The notes under the pieces are model-generated. The model was not told the origin of the DNA and searched no databases. It saw only the letters and a program-made list of their open reading frames with translations. From Fibrobacteria bacterium (GTDB lineage: Bacteria; Fibrobacterota; Fibrobacteria; UBA11236): a stretch of DNA of 45,586 bases. Both the position numbers and the translations under genes were made by a program. Positions 9,439 through 19,087 of the stretch are shown piece after piece. The stretch spans positions 1 through 45,586 of the forward strand of contig JAYTHY010000004.1 in the NCBI GenBank assembly GCA_043732185.1, written 5' to 3'. How positions within the stretch are numbered: position 1 is the stretch's first letter; each line of letters starts with the position of its first letter.

Positions 9439-10614
9439 TTAAACCAGCGCTTCCTTCTTCTGGTTAACCGCCTGCTTGGCAACCCGGCTCATCATGGGCT
9501 TGTTCTTCCAAAGCGTCCATTCCGGAAGTGCAATCCGATTGCCGCCCTCCATGGCGCTTTGATGCGAGAGAATACCTGCACACGTGATGTTGGCGGACTG
9601 GCGGGCATTGGGATAGGGGTCTCGGCCTTCCCGAATGGAGGAGATGAACTCGTGCACCAGATGGGGATGTGAGCCGCCGTGGCCGCCACCTTGGATAAAG
9701 GAGCGATGGGCGTTGTCGCCTGTATCATAGACTCCACCAGTAGTGAAAACCTGGATCGGTTCCGGCAACCGGCTGGCGAAATCGGGAATCTTGATGCGTT
9801 CGGGTTTTTCACCGGTGTGCATGACATGATCTTCATTTTCTAACTGGGTCCATTCGAAAGTCTTCTTTGAGCCGAACACGTCAAAATGTTCGCGGTATTG
9901 GCGGGCGGTGTTGAACAGGGAGCGGGTGACTTCTGCCACCACATCGCTGTCCTTAAACTTGATATGTGTGGATTCAATGGCAAAGGGGCAGCCATAGGCG
10001 GGAATCATGAATTCCTGCACGCGGCCGGATCCGAAACAGGAGACATATTCCGCTTCCCACATGCCGATTGCCAAACAGGGTGAAATAGCATGAGTCGCAT
10101 TATACATGGGCGGCATTCCATGCCAGTAATCGGGCCAACCCCACATTTCCTGTTGGTGTGAAGAACGGATAAACTGAATTTTTCCAAGCTCACCATTGTC
10201 ATAGATTTCTTTAACATGGAGGAATTCGCGGCTATAGACCACGGTTTCCATCATCATATAGGTTAGGCCTGTCTTTTCCACAGCGTCAACAATGCGTTTG
10301 CAATCGGCAACAGAGGTGGCCATGGGAATGGTGCAAGCCACGTGTTTTCCCGCTTCCAATGCAGCAACTACCTGGTCCGCATGGATTTGTAGAGGGGTGT
10401 TGATATGGACGATGTCCACCAAGGGATCGGCCAGCAATTCCGCGTAATCCGAATAGCAAACGGCAACGCCAAAGTCTTCGCCGGCTTTTTTCAGTTTTTC
10501 TGGTGAGCGTTGGCAAATGGCGTACATATTGGTGTGCGGATAGCGCTGGTAAATGGGAATGAATTCTTTGCCGAATTCTAATCCTACAATGGCCACGTTA
10601 TATTTCTTGCTCAT
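9439..10614 (-). CDS. Gfo/Idh/MocA family NAD(P)-dependent oxidoreductase
   Basis: N-terminal Rossmann VAIVGLEFG, DIVHINTP...HA...ALEAGKHVAC, and GELGKI motif. Confidence 0.9.
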   Translation of the reverse strand: MSKKYNVAIVGLEFGKEFIPIYQRYPHTNMYAICQRSPEKLKKAGEDFGVAVCYSDYAELLADPLVDIVHINTPLQIHADQVVAALEAGKHVACTIPMATSVADCKRIVDAVEKTGLTYMMMETVVYSREFLHVKEIYDNGELGKIQFIRSSHQQEMWGWPDYWHGMPPMYNATHAISPCLAIGMWEAEYVSCFGSGRVQEFMIPAYGCPFAIESTHIKFKDSDVVAEVTRSLFNTARQYREHFDVFGSKKTFEWTQLENEDHVMHTGEKPERIKIPDFASRLPEPIQVFTTGGVYDTGDNAHRSFIQGGGHGGSHPHLVHEFISSIREGRDPYPNARQSANITCAGILSHQSAMEGGNRIALPEWTLWKNKPMMSRVAKQAVNQKKEALV

Positions 10615-10798
10615 CCGCTAATCCTTTGAATTCAGTGAATATTATGGAGTGTTAACAACAAAATATAGAGGATTGCGGGGAGAAAAACTTGGGAAATGCC
10701 CACCCGAAAAAGTCGAAAAACGTCATTTTAAAATTAAAAATCGGTCTAAGCGTCGAAAGGTGCTGAGGACTTGACTCCAGGTTTTCGAGGGATAAGGT

Positions 10799-10874
10799 TG
10801 GCTGCCTGACCAGGACTCGAACCTGGGACCGAGCGATTAACAGTCGCTTGCTCTACCAACTGAGCTATCAGGCA
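10799..10874 (-). tRNA. tRNA-Asn (GTT)
   Basis: 76 nt: TGCCTGA/TCAGGCA acceptor stem, AGCTCAGTTGGTAGAGC D-arm, CTGTTAA anticodon loop, GGTTCGAGTCC T-arm, encoded CCA. Confidence 0.97.
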
Positions 10875-10936
10875 TCGATGGCAACCCGGAAATCTCAAGC
10901 ATCGGCTGCCTGGGAAATCCGGTAGGTAGGAGCGAC

Positions 10937-10965
10937 AATTTAGGTAAAGGCCCCCTTGAATTCAA
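10937..10965 (-). promoter_or_regulatory. Sigma70-type promoter of tRNA-Asn
   Basis: Minus strand TTGAAT-N17-TAAATT followed by GC-rich discriminator-like GTCGCTCC. Confidence 0.6.
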
Positions 10966-10986
10966 GGGAATTCAAGAATCCGGAGG

Positions 10987-11631
10987 ATGACTACCTTTCT
11001 AAGGATGCATTTAAACCAAATTTTTACTCTGCTTCTTTTACCGATACTGCTGGCGGGCTTACACGGCTGGTTTACCAATTGGCTGGCTGTTAAGCTTTTG
11101 CTCAAGCCCGTTCACCCCATCAATATTCTTGGCTTCAAAATTCAGGGCCTTTTGCCCAGGCGACAGGCCGATCTTGCCGATCGCATTTCGGAAGCCATTT
11201 CCCGTGAGTTTTTAAAGGAAGAAGACATTTTGGGATTTCTCAAAAAGGTCGATCCAGCTAAAGCCATGCGTCAGCTTATTCTGGAAAAGTGGGAGGAAAA
11301 AGTTGGGGAAATTCTCAGCTCCATGCCCATCATCAGCATGTTTGTAAGCGCGGACAAGCTGACGAAAATTAGGGACAAGGTAGCGGATGTTTTTTCCACG
11401 GAAGCGGATAAGTATACGGAGCTGTTGGTTCAAAGTCTGGAATCAAAAATAGATTTGCGCGATACCATCAAACGAAACATTCTCTCCTTTGATGTGCAAC
11501 GGTTGAATACCATCATTGAGGAAATCGGATATAAGGAATTCAATGAAATTGCCTTAGTGGGCCTGGTTTTAGGAATCATAATTGGCGTGGTGCAAGCCGG
11601 GGTCAACTTTCTGATTTTTGCCGGTCGTTGA
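10987..11631 (+). CDS. DUF445 (YheB-like) membrane protein
   Basis: GWFTNWLAVKLLLKP...QGLLPRRQADLA N-terminus and C-terminal GLVLGIIIGVVQ TM helix. Confidence 0.85.
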   Translation: MTTFLRMHLNQIFTLLLLPILLAGLHGWFTNWLAVKLLLKPVHPINILGFKIQGLLPRRQADLADRISEAISREFLKEEDILGFLKKVDPAKAMRQLILEKWEEKVGEILSSMPIISMFVSADKLTKIRDKVADVFSTEADKYTELLVQSLESKIDLRDTIKRNILSFDVQRLNTIIEEIGYKEFNEIALVGLVLGIIIGVVQAGVNFLIFAGR

Positions 11632-11676
11632 AGTAGCTGGTGATTCGGGCGATGCAATAAAGCGGCTTATCTGCAT

Positions 11677-11847
11677 ATGAAGTTACTGTTGGTGCGCTCC
11701 ACTCCAGTAACGGCAGCCATACTCAGTAAACTACTGGACTTAAAACTCATCATTCGAGCCGGCTCGGGAGTGGATACCATCGATTTAATTGCGGCCTCGG
11801 AACGCAACCCCTTGGTGGAGGCCTTTCGAAGTGGTACGTATCTTTAA
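11677..11847 (+). pseudogene. Remnant of a D-isomer 2-hydroxyacid (SerA-like) dehydrogenase
   Basis: 56-codon ORF MKLLLVRSTPVTAAILSKLLDLKLIIRAGSGVDTIDLIAASER... matches the catalytic-domain motif VRS..VT....LK.I.RAG.GVD.ID..AA.E. The NAD-binding domain is absent. Confidence 0.75.
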
Positions 11848-11848
11848 G

Positions 11849-12337
11849 TTATTTCACCAGGCTGGCCAGTAGGGCCCCAGCCTGCATCAGTATCCCACTT
11901 TCATCTTCGGAAAACTCATAGGGAATAGGTTTAGCCACACCTAACGTTCCAAATAAATGTCCATCTAATAGCATGGGAACCGTGATGGAACCTTCCATTT
12001 TGGTTTCTTTGGCACCGGGTTTGGCCACTCCAGAGGTATCGGTTTGCAAATTGCAGACTTGCACCGGCTGCTTCCGTTCCGCAGCAATGCCCGCCATGCC
12101 TTTGCCAATGGGAATGGCCTTGACTTTGTCGAGTATGAAATCGGGTATGCCGCGACGAGCCCGGATAAGGAGTAAATTGGAAGTCGTATCCAGAATATGG
12201 ATGGTACCCACCGGGCACTGAAACGCGGCTAGAATTTTTACTAGAGCGGCGTCCATGGCTTGGTCCACATCGGAATGCTGATCAAAAGCCTGGCGGATTT
12301 CGTTTAATACTGTATCGTTGGAAATGGTGTTGGACAT
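11849..12337 (-). CDS. Stand-alone GAF domain protein
   Basis: IPIGKGMAGIAA, SITVPML..G.LFGTLGV and YEFSEDE GAF motifs. Likely start ATG 12337 (ORF track 12358). Confidence 0.85.
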   Translation of the reverse strand: MSNTISNDTVLNEIRQAFDQHSDVDQAMDAALVKILAAFQCPVGTIHILDTTSNLLLIRARRGIPDFILDKVKAIPIGKGMAGIAAERKQPVQVCNLQTDTSGVAKPGAKETKMEGSITVPMLLDGHLFGTLGVAKPIPYEFSEDESGILMQAGALLASLVK

Positions 12338-12610
12338 GTTCTCATCCTTTTCAATCAATGGTGCTGGGGCCTTGGGAACTTGCGGCTGATTTGAATCTAA
12401 GAAAATATAGTCTGAATGGACCGTTTTCGCCTCCGGCTAACTTGGGAAACATTGTCACGGCCTTGCCTCCGATTGAGTATGTATGCCAGCAACGCAATTT
12501 TGTTGCACTTGTTTATCTGCCAAGTTTATATTGGGAGAGACCAATTTATTTTTCAGCGTTCCAGCGTGTGAAAATTGGTATCCTTACCAGTGTAATTTGA
12601 GCGAGGTTCC

Positions 12611-14392
12611 ATGACCAATAATTTAAAATTGCAGACTTGGGTTTCCGAAATAGCGGCGCTTTGCCAACCCGATTCCATTTTGTGGTGCGATGGATCTCAA
12701 GAGGAATATGACCGACTGTGCGATGGGCTGGTACAATGCGGTACCTTTACCAGACTGAATCCGGTTAAACGCCCCGGCAGTTTTTATAGCCGCTCGCATC
12801 CCGACGATGTTGCCCGTTCTGAAGAACGCACTTTCATTTGTTCTAATCGAAAGGATGATGCTGGTCCAACTAATAATTGGCGCGAGCCGGGTGAAATGAA
12901 GGCTTTTCTTACTGGCCTGTTTAAAGGCTGCATGCGCGGTCGAACACTGTATGTTGTTCCATTCAGCATGGGTCCACTGGGTTCGGATATCGCACGGATT
13001 GGTGTGCAGATTACGGACTCCGCCTATGTCGTCTGCAATATGCGTATTATGACGCGGATGGGTACAGGCGCCCTGCAAGTGCTTGGCAATGGAGAATTTG
13101 TAAAGTGCCTGCATTCCGTTGGACAACCCATCTTGCCGGGGCAACCGGATGTGGCTTGGCCATGCAATCCTGCGCAAAAACATATTGTCCACTTTCCCGA
13201 AGATCGTTCCATCTGGTCTTTTGGCAGTGGTTATGGTGGCAATGCACTACTGGGTAAGAAATGCTTCGCATTACGTATTGCATCCGTCCTGGGCCGCGAT
13301 GAAGGCTGGCTTGCCGAGCATATGCTCATCCTGGGCGTCGAGTCCCCACAGGGCGTAAAATCCTATGTGGCCGCAGCTTTTCCCAGTCAATGTGGTAAAA
13401 CCAATTTCGCTATGCTGGTTCCGCCCAGCAGTCTTAAAGGCTGGAAGACGACGACAGTAGGGGATGATATTGCCTGGATCAAACCAGGTCCGGATGGCCG
13501 CTTACGGGCCATTAATCCTGAAGCAGGTTTTTTTGGTGTTGCTCCCGGAACCTCCATGGAATCTAATCCCAATGCCATGCTCAGTTTAGCCTCCAATACC
13601 ATATTCACCAATGTGGCTTTAACTGAAGACGGTGATGTGTGGTGGGAAGGCATGAGTCCCGTACCTGCGGGAGTCATTAGAGATTGGCGTGGCAATGTCT
13701 GGAAAGCAGGAGGGGAGACACCCGCTGCACATCCCAACTCCCGATTTACTGCGCCGGCCTCCCAATGTCCGTGCATCGATTCCGCCTGGGAAGATCCGCA
13801 AGGGGTGCCACTAAGCGCCATTATTTTTGGTGGTCGACGGGCATCCAATGTACCGCTTTTGATTCAAGCTTTTAATTGGATTCATGGCGTATACTTGGGC
13901 GCCACGCTGGGCTCGGAGACGACTGCCGCGGCGGAGGGCAAGGTTGGCAGAGTCCGACGCGATCCTATGGCCATGTTGCCGTTTTGTGGCTACAACATGG
14001 GCGAGTACTTTGCTCATTGGCTCAAGATGCGCAAACTTATCCGCAACCCACCTTTGGTATTTCATGTGAACTGGTTCCGTAAAAGCGCGGAAGGCGCATT
14101 CATGTGGCCAGGTTTCGGCGAGAATATGCGTGTGCTGAAATGGATTGTGGAGCGTTGCCGGGGACAAAGGGCAGCGGCGGAAACGCCTTTGGGCTGGATG
14201 CCATTGGCCGAGGATTTCGATTTTACCGGGTTGCCCAACTTTACCCAGAAAAATTTTTCCGACTTGCAAGCCATCGATATTGAGGCGTGGAAGCGTGAGG
14301 TTATCTCTCAAGATGAATTGTTCGTTCAACTTTACGAGCATCTCCCGAAGGAAATGATCTTCCAGCGAGAGCTTTTGATTTCGCGGTTATAG
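12611..14392 (+). CDS. pckG: Phosphoenolpyruvate carboxykinase (GTP)
   Basis: [54 protein letters not shown] and HPNSRF motifs. Confidence 0.97.
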   Translation: MTNNLKLQTWVSEIAALCQPDSILWCDGSQEEYDRLCDGLVQCGTFTRLNPVKRPGSFYSRSHPDDVARSEERTFICSNRKDDAGPTNNWREPGEMKAFLTGLFKGCMRGRTLYVVPFSMGPLGSDIARIGVQITDSAYVVCNMRIMTRMGTGALQVLGNGEFVKCLHSVGQPILPGQPDVAWPCNPAQKHIVHFPEDRSIWSFGSGYGGNALLGKKCFALRIASVLGRDEGWLAEHMLILGVESPQGVKSYVAAAFPSQCGKTNFAMLVPPSSLKGWKTTTVGDDIAWIKPGPDGRLRAINPEAGFFGVAPGTSMESNPNAMLSLASNTIFTNVALTEDGDVWWEGMSPVPAGVIRDWRGNVWKAGGETPAAHPNSRFTAPASQCPCIDSAWEDPQGVPLSAIIFGGRRASNVPLLIQAFNWIHGVYLGATLGSETTAAAEGKVGRVRRDPMAMLPFCGYNMGEYFAHWLKMRKLIRNPPLVFHVNWFRKSAEGAFMWPGFGENMRVLKWIVERCRGQRAAAETPLGWMPLAEDFDFTGLPNFTQKNFSDLQAIDIEAWKREVISQDELFVQLYEHLPKEMIFQRELLISRL

Positions 14393-14394
14393 GG

Positions 14395-14799
14395 TTAGCT
14401 TCGGGCTAACCAGTTTTCGCCATTCCAAAGTTTCCCGACCTTTTTGAGCATCAGGATGGCGAGAGTGCATTCTTCCCAGCTTTTAAAGTTTTCAAAGTAA
14501 CCGTTGGGTGTCCCGGCAGGTGGGTTTGCCAGGCCAGAGCGGACGGCGTCCAAGGAGGACGTGAAGTCACCGAATAAATCCATTAACTGATGCAATTGCG
14601 GAAGCCAAACTTGGGCATTATCTTGTGGAATATTTCCTGAATGTTCATCGACCATGGAGACCAGTCCCGCAGGTGTAAAGGACGAGGAAAAGATAACGAA
14701 ATCACCTGATTGAAAAATCTTGTCCTTGAGGCGAGCGACTTGCATCTCACCGGCAGCTGAGGCCATTTTGATGTACTGTCTTGTAAACGGGTGCGCCAT
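14395..14799 (-). CDS. Hypothetical protein (134 aa)
   Basis: ATG start with upstream GGAAGG/AGGGG. Fills the gap convergent with pckG. Confidence 0.7.
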   Translation of the reverse strand: MAHPFTRQYIKMASAAGEMQVARLKDKIFQSGDFVIFSSSFTPAGLVSMVDEHSGNIPQDNAQVWLPQLHQLMDLFGDFTSSLDAVRSGLANPPAGTPNGYFENFKSWEECTLAILMLKKVGKLWNGENWLARS

Positions 14800-14843
14800 T
14801 TTTATCCCCTAACCTTCCAATTTTAGCATGGGGAAGGAGCGAA

Positions 14844-15302
14844 TTAAAGGGACTTTTCTGCTTCCAATGTGTCCGGGTCTTCTGGATCGACGCTCCACGG
14901 TGCCATGTATATGCCATTGGCCAATGCCTGAATCAGAATCGCCGATTTCTCCAACTCTTCCACCAAGTGCGCTTTGCGATCCGTATCGCGAAACTCCAAG
15001 TAAATTTTCTCCTTGTCGCAAGCCTGACCTAATGCTGCGGACAGTCTTTCTGCTTCTACATCGCCTAAATCCTCTTGAACCGTTTCCTTAAGTTTGGTCG
15101 AAAATAGGATGAGGTCTCGACAGGCATCATGTGGCAGATGCTCCTTGCCCAGTTCGAGTAACATGGCTTGAATACCAATAGAGATTTGATTGAATAGGAT
15201 CGATGCTTTACGCCTATGGTCTATATCCGCTTGGGCAAAACGTTTTTCATATTGAATCAGCCTACGGGCCACAAAGGAAATGGTCTCCGTCGGTCCGGCC
15301 AC
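14844..15302 (-). CDS. Hypothetical alpha-helical protein (152 aa)
   Basis: Starts 3 bp after the upstream stop. Protein-like charged helical composition. Confidence 0.7.
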   Translation of the reverse strand: MAGPTETISFVARRLIQYEKRFAQADIDHRRKASILFNQISIGIQAMLLELGKEHLPHDACRDLILFSTKLKETVQEDLGDVEAERLSAALGQACDKEKIYLEFRDTDRKAHLVEELEKSAILIQALANGIYMAPWSVDPEDPDTLEAEKSL

Positions 15303-15305
15303 AGG

Positions 15306-15854
15306 TCAATCCCCTTTGCCTAACTTGGCTTGTGGGACTCGCTCATAGGGCAGACATTTGGAAGGAGTGGGTTCCGGAACGGGCGCAACTGCCGCCATGG
15401 GTTGGGTGGATGAAGCACTCATCACAGAATCCTTTGCCCCTGGCTTAACTTTTTTCCCATTTTTGACCAGCTCAGTTTTTTTGCTCGGTTCTTTGACGGG
15501 CACTAATGGCGCAATTTTAGCCGAATCTTTTTTCGCGACTTTCGTGAGTTTAGGCACTTCGTTCCAATAGAAACAGCCATCCCCACGATCATACACTCGT
15601 TTGCCTGGCAATGGTGTGATGATTTTTTCATAATCCGCATCCAAAATCGTAACTTCGAAATCGACGATATCGATAGGATCGTGGAGAATCAAGGTGACTT
15701 TACCGGCGGTACAACCTACGCATTTAATAGCTTTAATTTCACCCAAAAGCGGATCTTCTGCTCTGGCGGGAAGGGTGGCCAAGCTCAATCCTACCGTTAA
15801 CCAACCCAAAATTTTTACCCTTAACCAAGGCCTATGGGCATTCAGTTTATTCAT
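15306..15854 (-). CDS. Hypothetical exported protein with a CxxC motif and K/P-rich tail
   Basis: ATGA overlap with the DUF1080 stop, signal peptide ending ARA|ED, CVGC motif. Confidence 0.7.
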   Translation of the reverse strand: MNKLNAHRPWLRVKILGWLTVGLSLATLPARAEDPLLGEIKAIKCVGCTAGKVTLILHDPIDIVDFEVTILDADYEKIITPLPGKRVYDRGDGCFYWNEVPKLTKVAKKDSAKIAPLVPVKEPSKKTELVKNGKKVKPGAKDSVMSASSTQPMAAVAPVPEPTPSKCLPYERVPQAKLGKGD

Positions 15855-17029
15855 TGCTGTTTCCTCCATATACACATTCCTGTTTTATCAATATCCGTAA
15901 TTTTACGTCCATCAAGTCGCGCCCAACCTAGCAATTCTTGGGCATTTGTGGAGCCAACTTTCTTTTGATCCCGTCGTGGTTTAATCGCCGTATTACCCTC
16001 CACAATCCAAATATTTCTAAAAAAAACGGGATCGCCATAAGCCTGGAAGCGCATTGCTCCGGGGGTTGGGCCTGGTAGATCACCAAGCAGGGTGGAATTG
16101 GCCAGCGCCCGTTTATCCTGTACCACAATGCCATTCCATTTAACCGTAGCTACGGGTGCTTCAAGCCGCGTTTTGCCGGTAGCATCGTATCGACCCGCGG
16201 TGAATTCGATATCATACGTTTGCCAAGCCAGTGGGGGAAATGCCATGTTCAGCGAGGGTGGATAGTATTCCCAAAATGCTCCACATTCCCTTTTGGCCGA
16301 CAGGGTATCCAAACCGTGATCCAATGTGGCGCCGAAAGAATCCAGAATTTGAACTTCATCCCGGCCTTGAAGGTAAATGCCGCTGTTGCCACGGCGTTGG
16401 CCCGTGAAGGTGGGCATAAAAGGTTCTCGAAACTCCAAATGCAGAGTAAAGCTTTGGAAAGTCTGTTTGGTTATGGCACCAGAGGAGGCCGAGGAGCCTT
16501 CTGGTTTGAAAAAATTTCGACTGTCCATGGAGGCGGAACCATCCTGCCAAGCGGAAACACCCGTGCCATCAAAAAGGACAACGGCTCCAGGTGGTGCGGC
16601 AGCGTTCAGTGTCGGGCTGGTTCGGAATTGTTTCACAAGTACAAAGGCTGCATCCGTTGACGTTTTCCCGGTAAGGTTCACGCCATCTGCAAGCACCGCA
16701 GCAGAATATCCACTACCTGAAAAAAAAGCCCTGTCGCTCTGAAAACTTCCCGGGACTTCCGTTCGATCTTTTCCATTCCAGCCGGCACCGGGTAATCCAC
16801 CCGGCAAAAAAATCGCCTTAAATTGTCCATTGCCTAAGGCTACAATTTGGGCAGCATATGGTTGGGTTGTCTCTATCATTCCGGTATACTCGCCTTGGAT
16901 TTGATAGTCCATTCCGGCCTGGGCAGGTTCAAGAAACGATTGCGCGTTTGCAATTGAAAAGAACATCAGTATGGGGGCCACCCAAACAATTCCCGCAAGC
17001 AAGCGAAAAAAGGATCCAACCGAGGACAT
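15851..17029 (-). CDS. Secreted DUF1080 (3-keto-disaccharide hydrolase/lyase-like) protein
   Basis: GAVVLFDG, FTLHLEF, GNSGIYLQGRDEVQILDS, WQTYDIEF and PVFFRNIWI motifs. Signal peptide ANA|Q and a short basic DGRK tail. Confidence 0.9.
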   Translation of the reverse strand: MSSVGSFFRLLAGIVWVAPILMFFSIANAQSFLEPAQAGMDYQIQGEYTGMIETTQPYAAQIVALGNGQFKAIFLPGGLPGAGWNGKDRTEVPGSFQSDRAFFSGSGYSAAVLADGVNLTGKTSTDAAFVLVKQFRTSPTLNAAAPPGAVVLFDGTGVSAWQDGSASMDSRNFFKPEGSSASSGAITKQTFQSFTLHLEFREPFMPTFTGQRRGNSGIYLQGRDEVQILDSFGATLDHGLDTLSAKRECGAFWEYYPPSLNMAFPPLAWQTYDIEFTAGRYDATGKTRLEAPVATVKWNGIVVQDKRALANSTLLGDLPGPTPGAMRFQAYGDPVFFRNIWIVEGNTAIKPRRDQKKVGSTNAQELLGWARLDGRKITDIDKTGMCIWRKQQ

Positions 17030-17149
17030 GCCTGGCTCCTAAGGGATGATTAACATTTTCTGCAGCGCATAGTTTAATTTAACCAATTTTCCTCTGAGGA
17101 AACCGGTGGCGGGTTTAAATGGCAAAAAGGGCGTGCGGAACAGGTAAAA

Positions 17150-18982
17150 TTAGGGTGCGAACAGGTTTCCTCGTTCAGACTGACCATCTGAGAAACTGGA
17201 TTCGACAAAGTACAGCCCTTGAGGGAGAGGCTTGCTAATGGGCAGAAAAAATTGATGAGACGGTGGTTTTAGGCTCGTCCATGTTGCCGTCAATAGCATC
17301 TTTCCCTGCGCATTGTATATGCGGGTTGCGATGAAACGCACTTGATCGGGCAAATTTGTGGTAATGGAAAGTTTATCCCTATCGAGGGTCATCTTCATAC
17401 GATGGGACAAGGGATGGACCCTGTTTGGATTTACAACTGGATTACCTAAGCCCTGTGAAGTGTAAACCATTAACTTGAGTGTGGTAGAGGTGCATGCCGG
17501 CCTAAGTGTGCTGCTCTTTATGGCGGGGTTGGGAATGTAGGCCCAGGCTACACGGCCCTTGCCAAGCGATACCATCTGATCCTGTTCGCCCCAGCCCAAG
17601 CTATCCAAGCTTTGAACCGGAGTCAGCAGTTTACCTGCCGTATCGATTTCCACTAGGTAATAGGCTTGAGGAATTCGCCACTTATCACCGTTCCAATCAT
17701 TTTTACTCGGCATGTCATACATTTTTCCATAGCCTAACAGAAAGCGGTTGGAATCGAGACGGGCCAACTGGGGATACGAGAGGAAAGTGCTGTCCATGGC
17801 CGCAATCCAACGAATGCCTCCTTGCAGTTTCATTTTGGAATTAAAGCGTACCAGGCCGATGGAGGTTGGTGGAGAATTGGGCCAGAGCGCGTTGCAAGAA
17901 GGCGCCGGGGACATGGGGTTGGCAATACCCTTCTCGCCGATAATCAGTCCAATGAAACCGCTATCCGGCATGGCCAATAACGTTCCGGGTCCACCTTTAT
18001 GCTGTAAAGTGCCATAACTGGGGTAACGGGAAAAAACGGAATCCTGTCCATAATCGTCTCTGCGAATGGAAATATCTCCAAGTCCACAAATCCCTGGATC
18101 GTTGTAATCCGTACTTCCCAAAACCGCGTATTTTTTCGAGACTGGATTGTAGGCGGGACGGTTGAATTCGGTATGGCCGGTGCCTATTGCCCAGCTCCAT
18201 CCACGGGAGGGCATCATGGTATAGTTGGCTCTGTTCACCACCAGAAAGGCATCCGCCTCATGTCGCCCGCTATCCGGGCCAGGACCAAAAACCATAGCCT
18301 TTAATCCAAAGCCGTAGGTATTATCATTTTCTCCATAGAATAGGTAGTTGTTCCCGGTTTCCCAGCTGCCAATGGCTTTATGGACAATATATTTCTTGGG
18401 CATAGCCTTGATGTCCCCGGCCAGCCATTCCAATAACCACATCTGATCTTGCAATCCCTTTCCCACCGAACCAGGCTGAGTCATCCACGCTGAATCCGGA
18501 TGGGTCAAAAGAATGTCCTTATCGAAACTACCAGGAGTGGTGGTGCCATTGCGACGTCGCGCCAACCACGCAACAACCGAACCGTTGGCACTGGATGCGA
18601 TGCCGTGGCCTTCCTTGAAATCAGGGAAGGAGTGGAAATCGCCGGTAGGCTCCAAGTTACCGGTAGCAGGGTTGAACGCGGTTTTGATAATCAAAGCATG
18701 CGTGCTGTCGCTTCCCGGAGATTTGACGCTGAGAGAAATAAACAGTTTGGGACTGGCGCTATCGGCACTGCTCGAACTGAAATACATACGGCGAGGGACA
18801 ACCGAAGAGGGATGGTAGGTGAGTAAACGTATGGTCCAAGGATGTTCGCAAACGAGGGTTTCCCCGGGTGGCAATTGCAGGGAAGAGCTGGTGATTCCTC
18901 CAGAGACGGGCCATTGAAGCAAAAACATTCCGAGGCCGACTAAGCTGAAAAAAAATCTGGATGGGTAAAAATTGTTTGCCAT
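17150..18982 (-). CDS. Hypothetical secreted protein with a T9SS-like C-terminal domain
   Basis: Hydrophobic N-terminus after ATG 18982 (ORF track 19072). Tail IYNAQGK...LPQGLYFV. Confidence 0.7.
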   Translation of the reverse strand: MANNFYPSRFFFSLVGLGMFLLQWPVSGGITSSSLQLPPGETLVCEHPWTIRLLTYHPSSVVPRRMYFSSSSADSASPKLFISLSVKSPGSDSTHALIIKTAFNPATGNLEPTGDFHSFPDFKEGHGIASSANGSVVAWLARRRNGTTTPGSFDKDILLTHPDSAWMTQPGSVGKGLQDQMWLLEWLAGDIKAMPKKYIVHKAIGSWETGNNYLFYGENDNTYGFGLKAMVFGPGPDSGRHEADAFLVVNRANYTMMPSRGWSWAIGTGHTEFNRPAYNPVSKKYAVLGSTDYNDPGICGLGDISIRRDDYGQDSVFSRYPSYGTLQHKGGPGTLLAMPDSGFIGLIIGEKGIANPMSPAPSCNALWPNSPPTSIGLVRFNSKMKLQGGIRWIAAMDSTFLSYPQLARLDSNRFLLGYGKMYDMPSKNDWNGDKWRIPQAYYLVEIDTAGKLLTPVQSLDSLGWGEQDQMVSLGKGRVAWAYIPNPAIKSSTLRPACTSTTLKLMVYTSQGLGNPVVNPNRVHPLSHRMKMTLDRDKLSITTNLPDQVRFIATRIYNAQGKMLLTATWTSLKPPSHQFFLPISKPLPQGLYFVESSFSDGQSERGNLFAP

Positions 18983-19087
18983 AAACCCGCTTGTGTCAGG
19001 GAATTTCACGAGCAAGGGTTCACCTAAACCCTTTGCATCTCTAGGGTAACAAGCACCCGTAAGGTTTGGCAATCCCTTTTCCGATAC

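Noticed and set aside
9439..10874. tRNA-Asn as an integration site for a genomic island
   Set aside because: No integrase, and no duplicated tRNA 3' end (att repeat) found in the window.
11849..12337. GAF protein as free methionine-(R)-sulfoxide reductase (MsrC)
   Set aside because: It lacks the AC..I..GxGVCG catalytic cysteines and reads KAIPIGKGMAG instead.
12453..12467. Sigma54-like motif upstream of pckG (TGTCACGGCCTTGCC)
   Set aside because: It lacks the invariant GG and the spacing is one base short.
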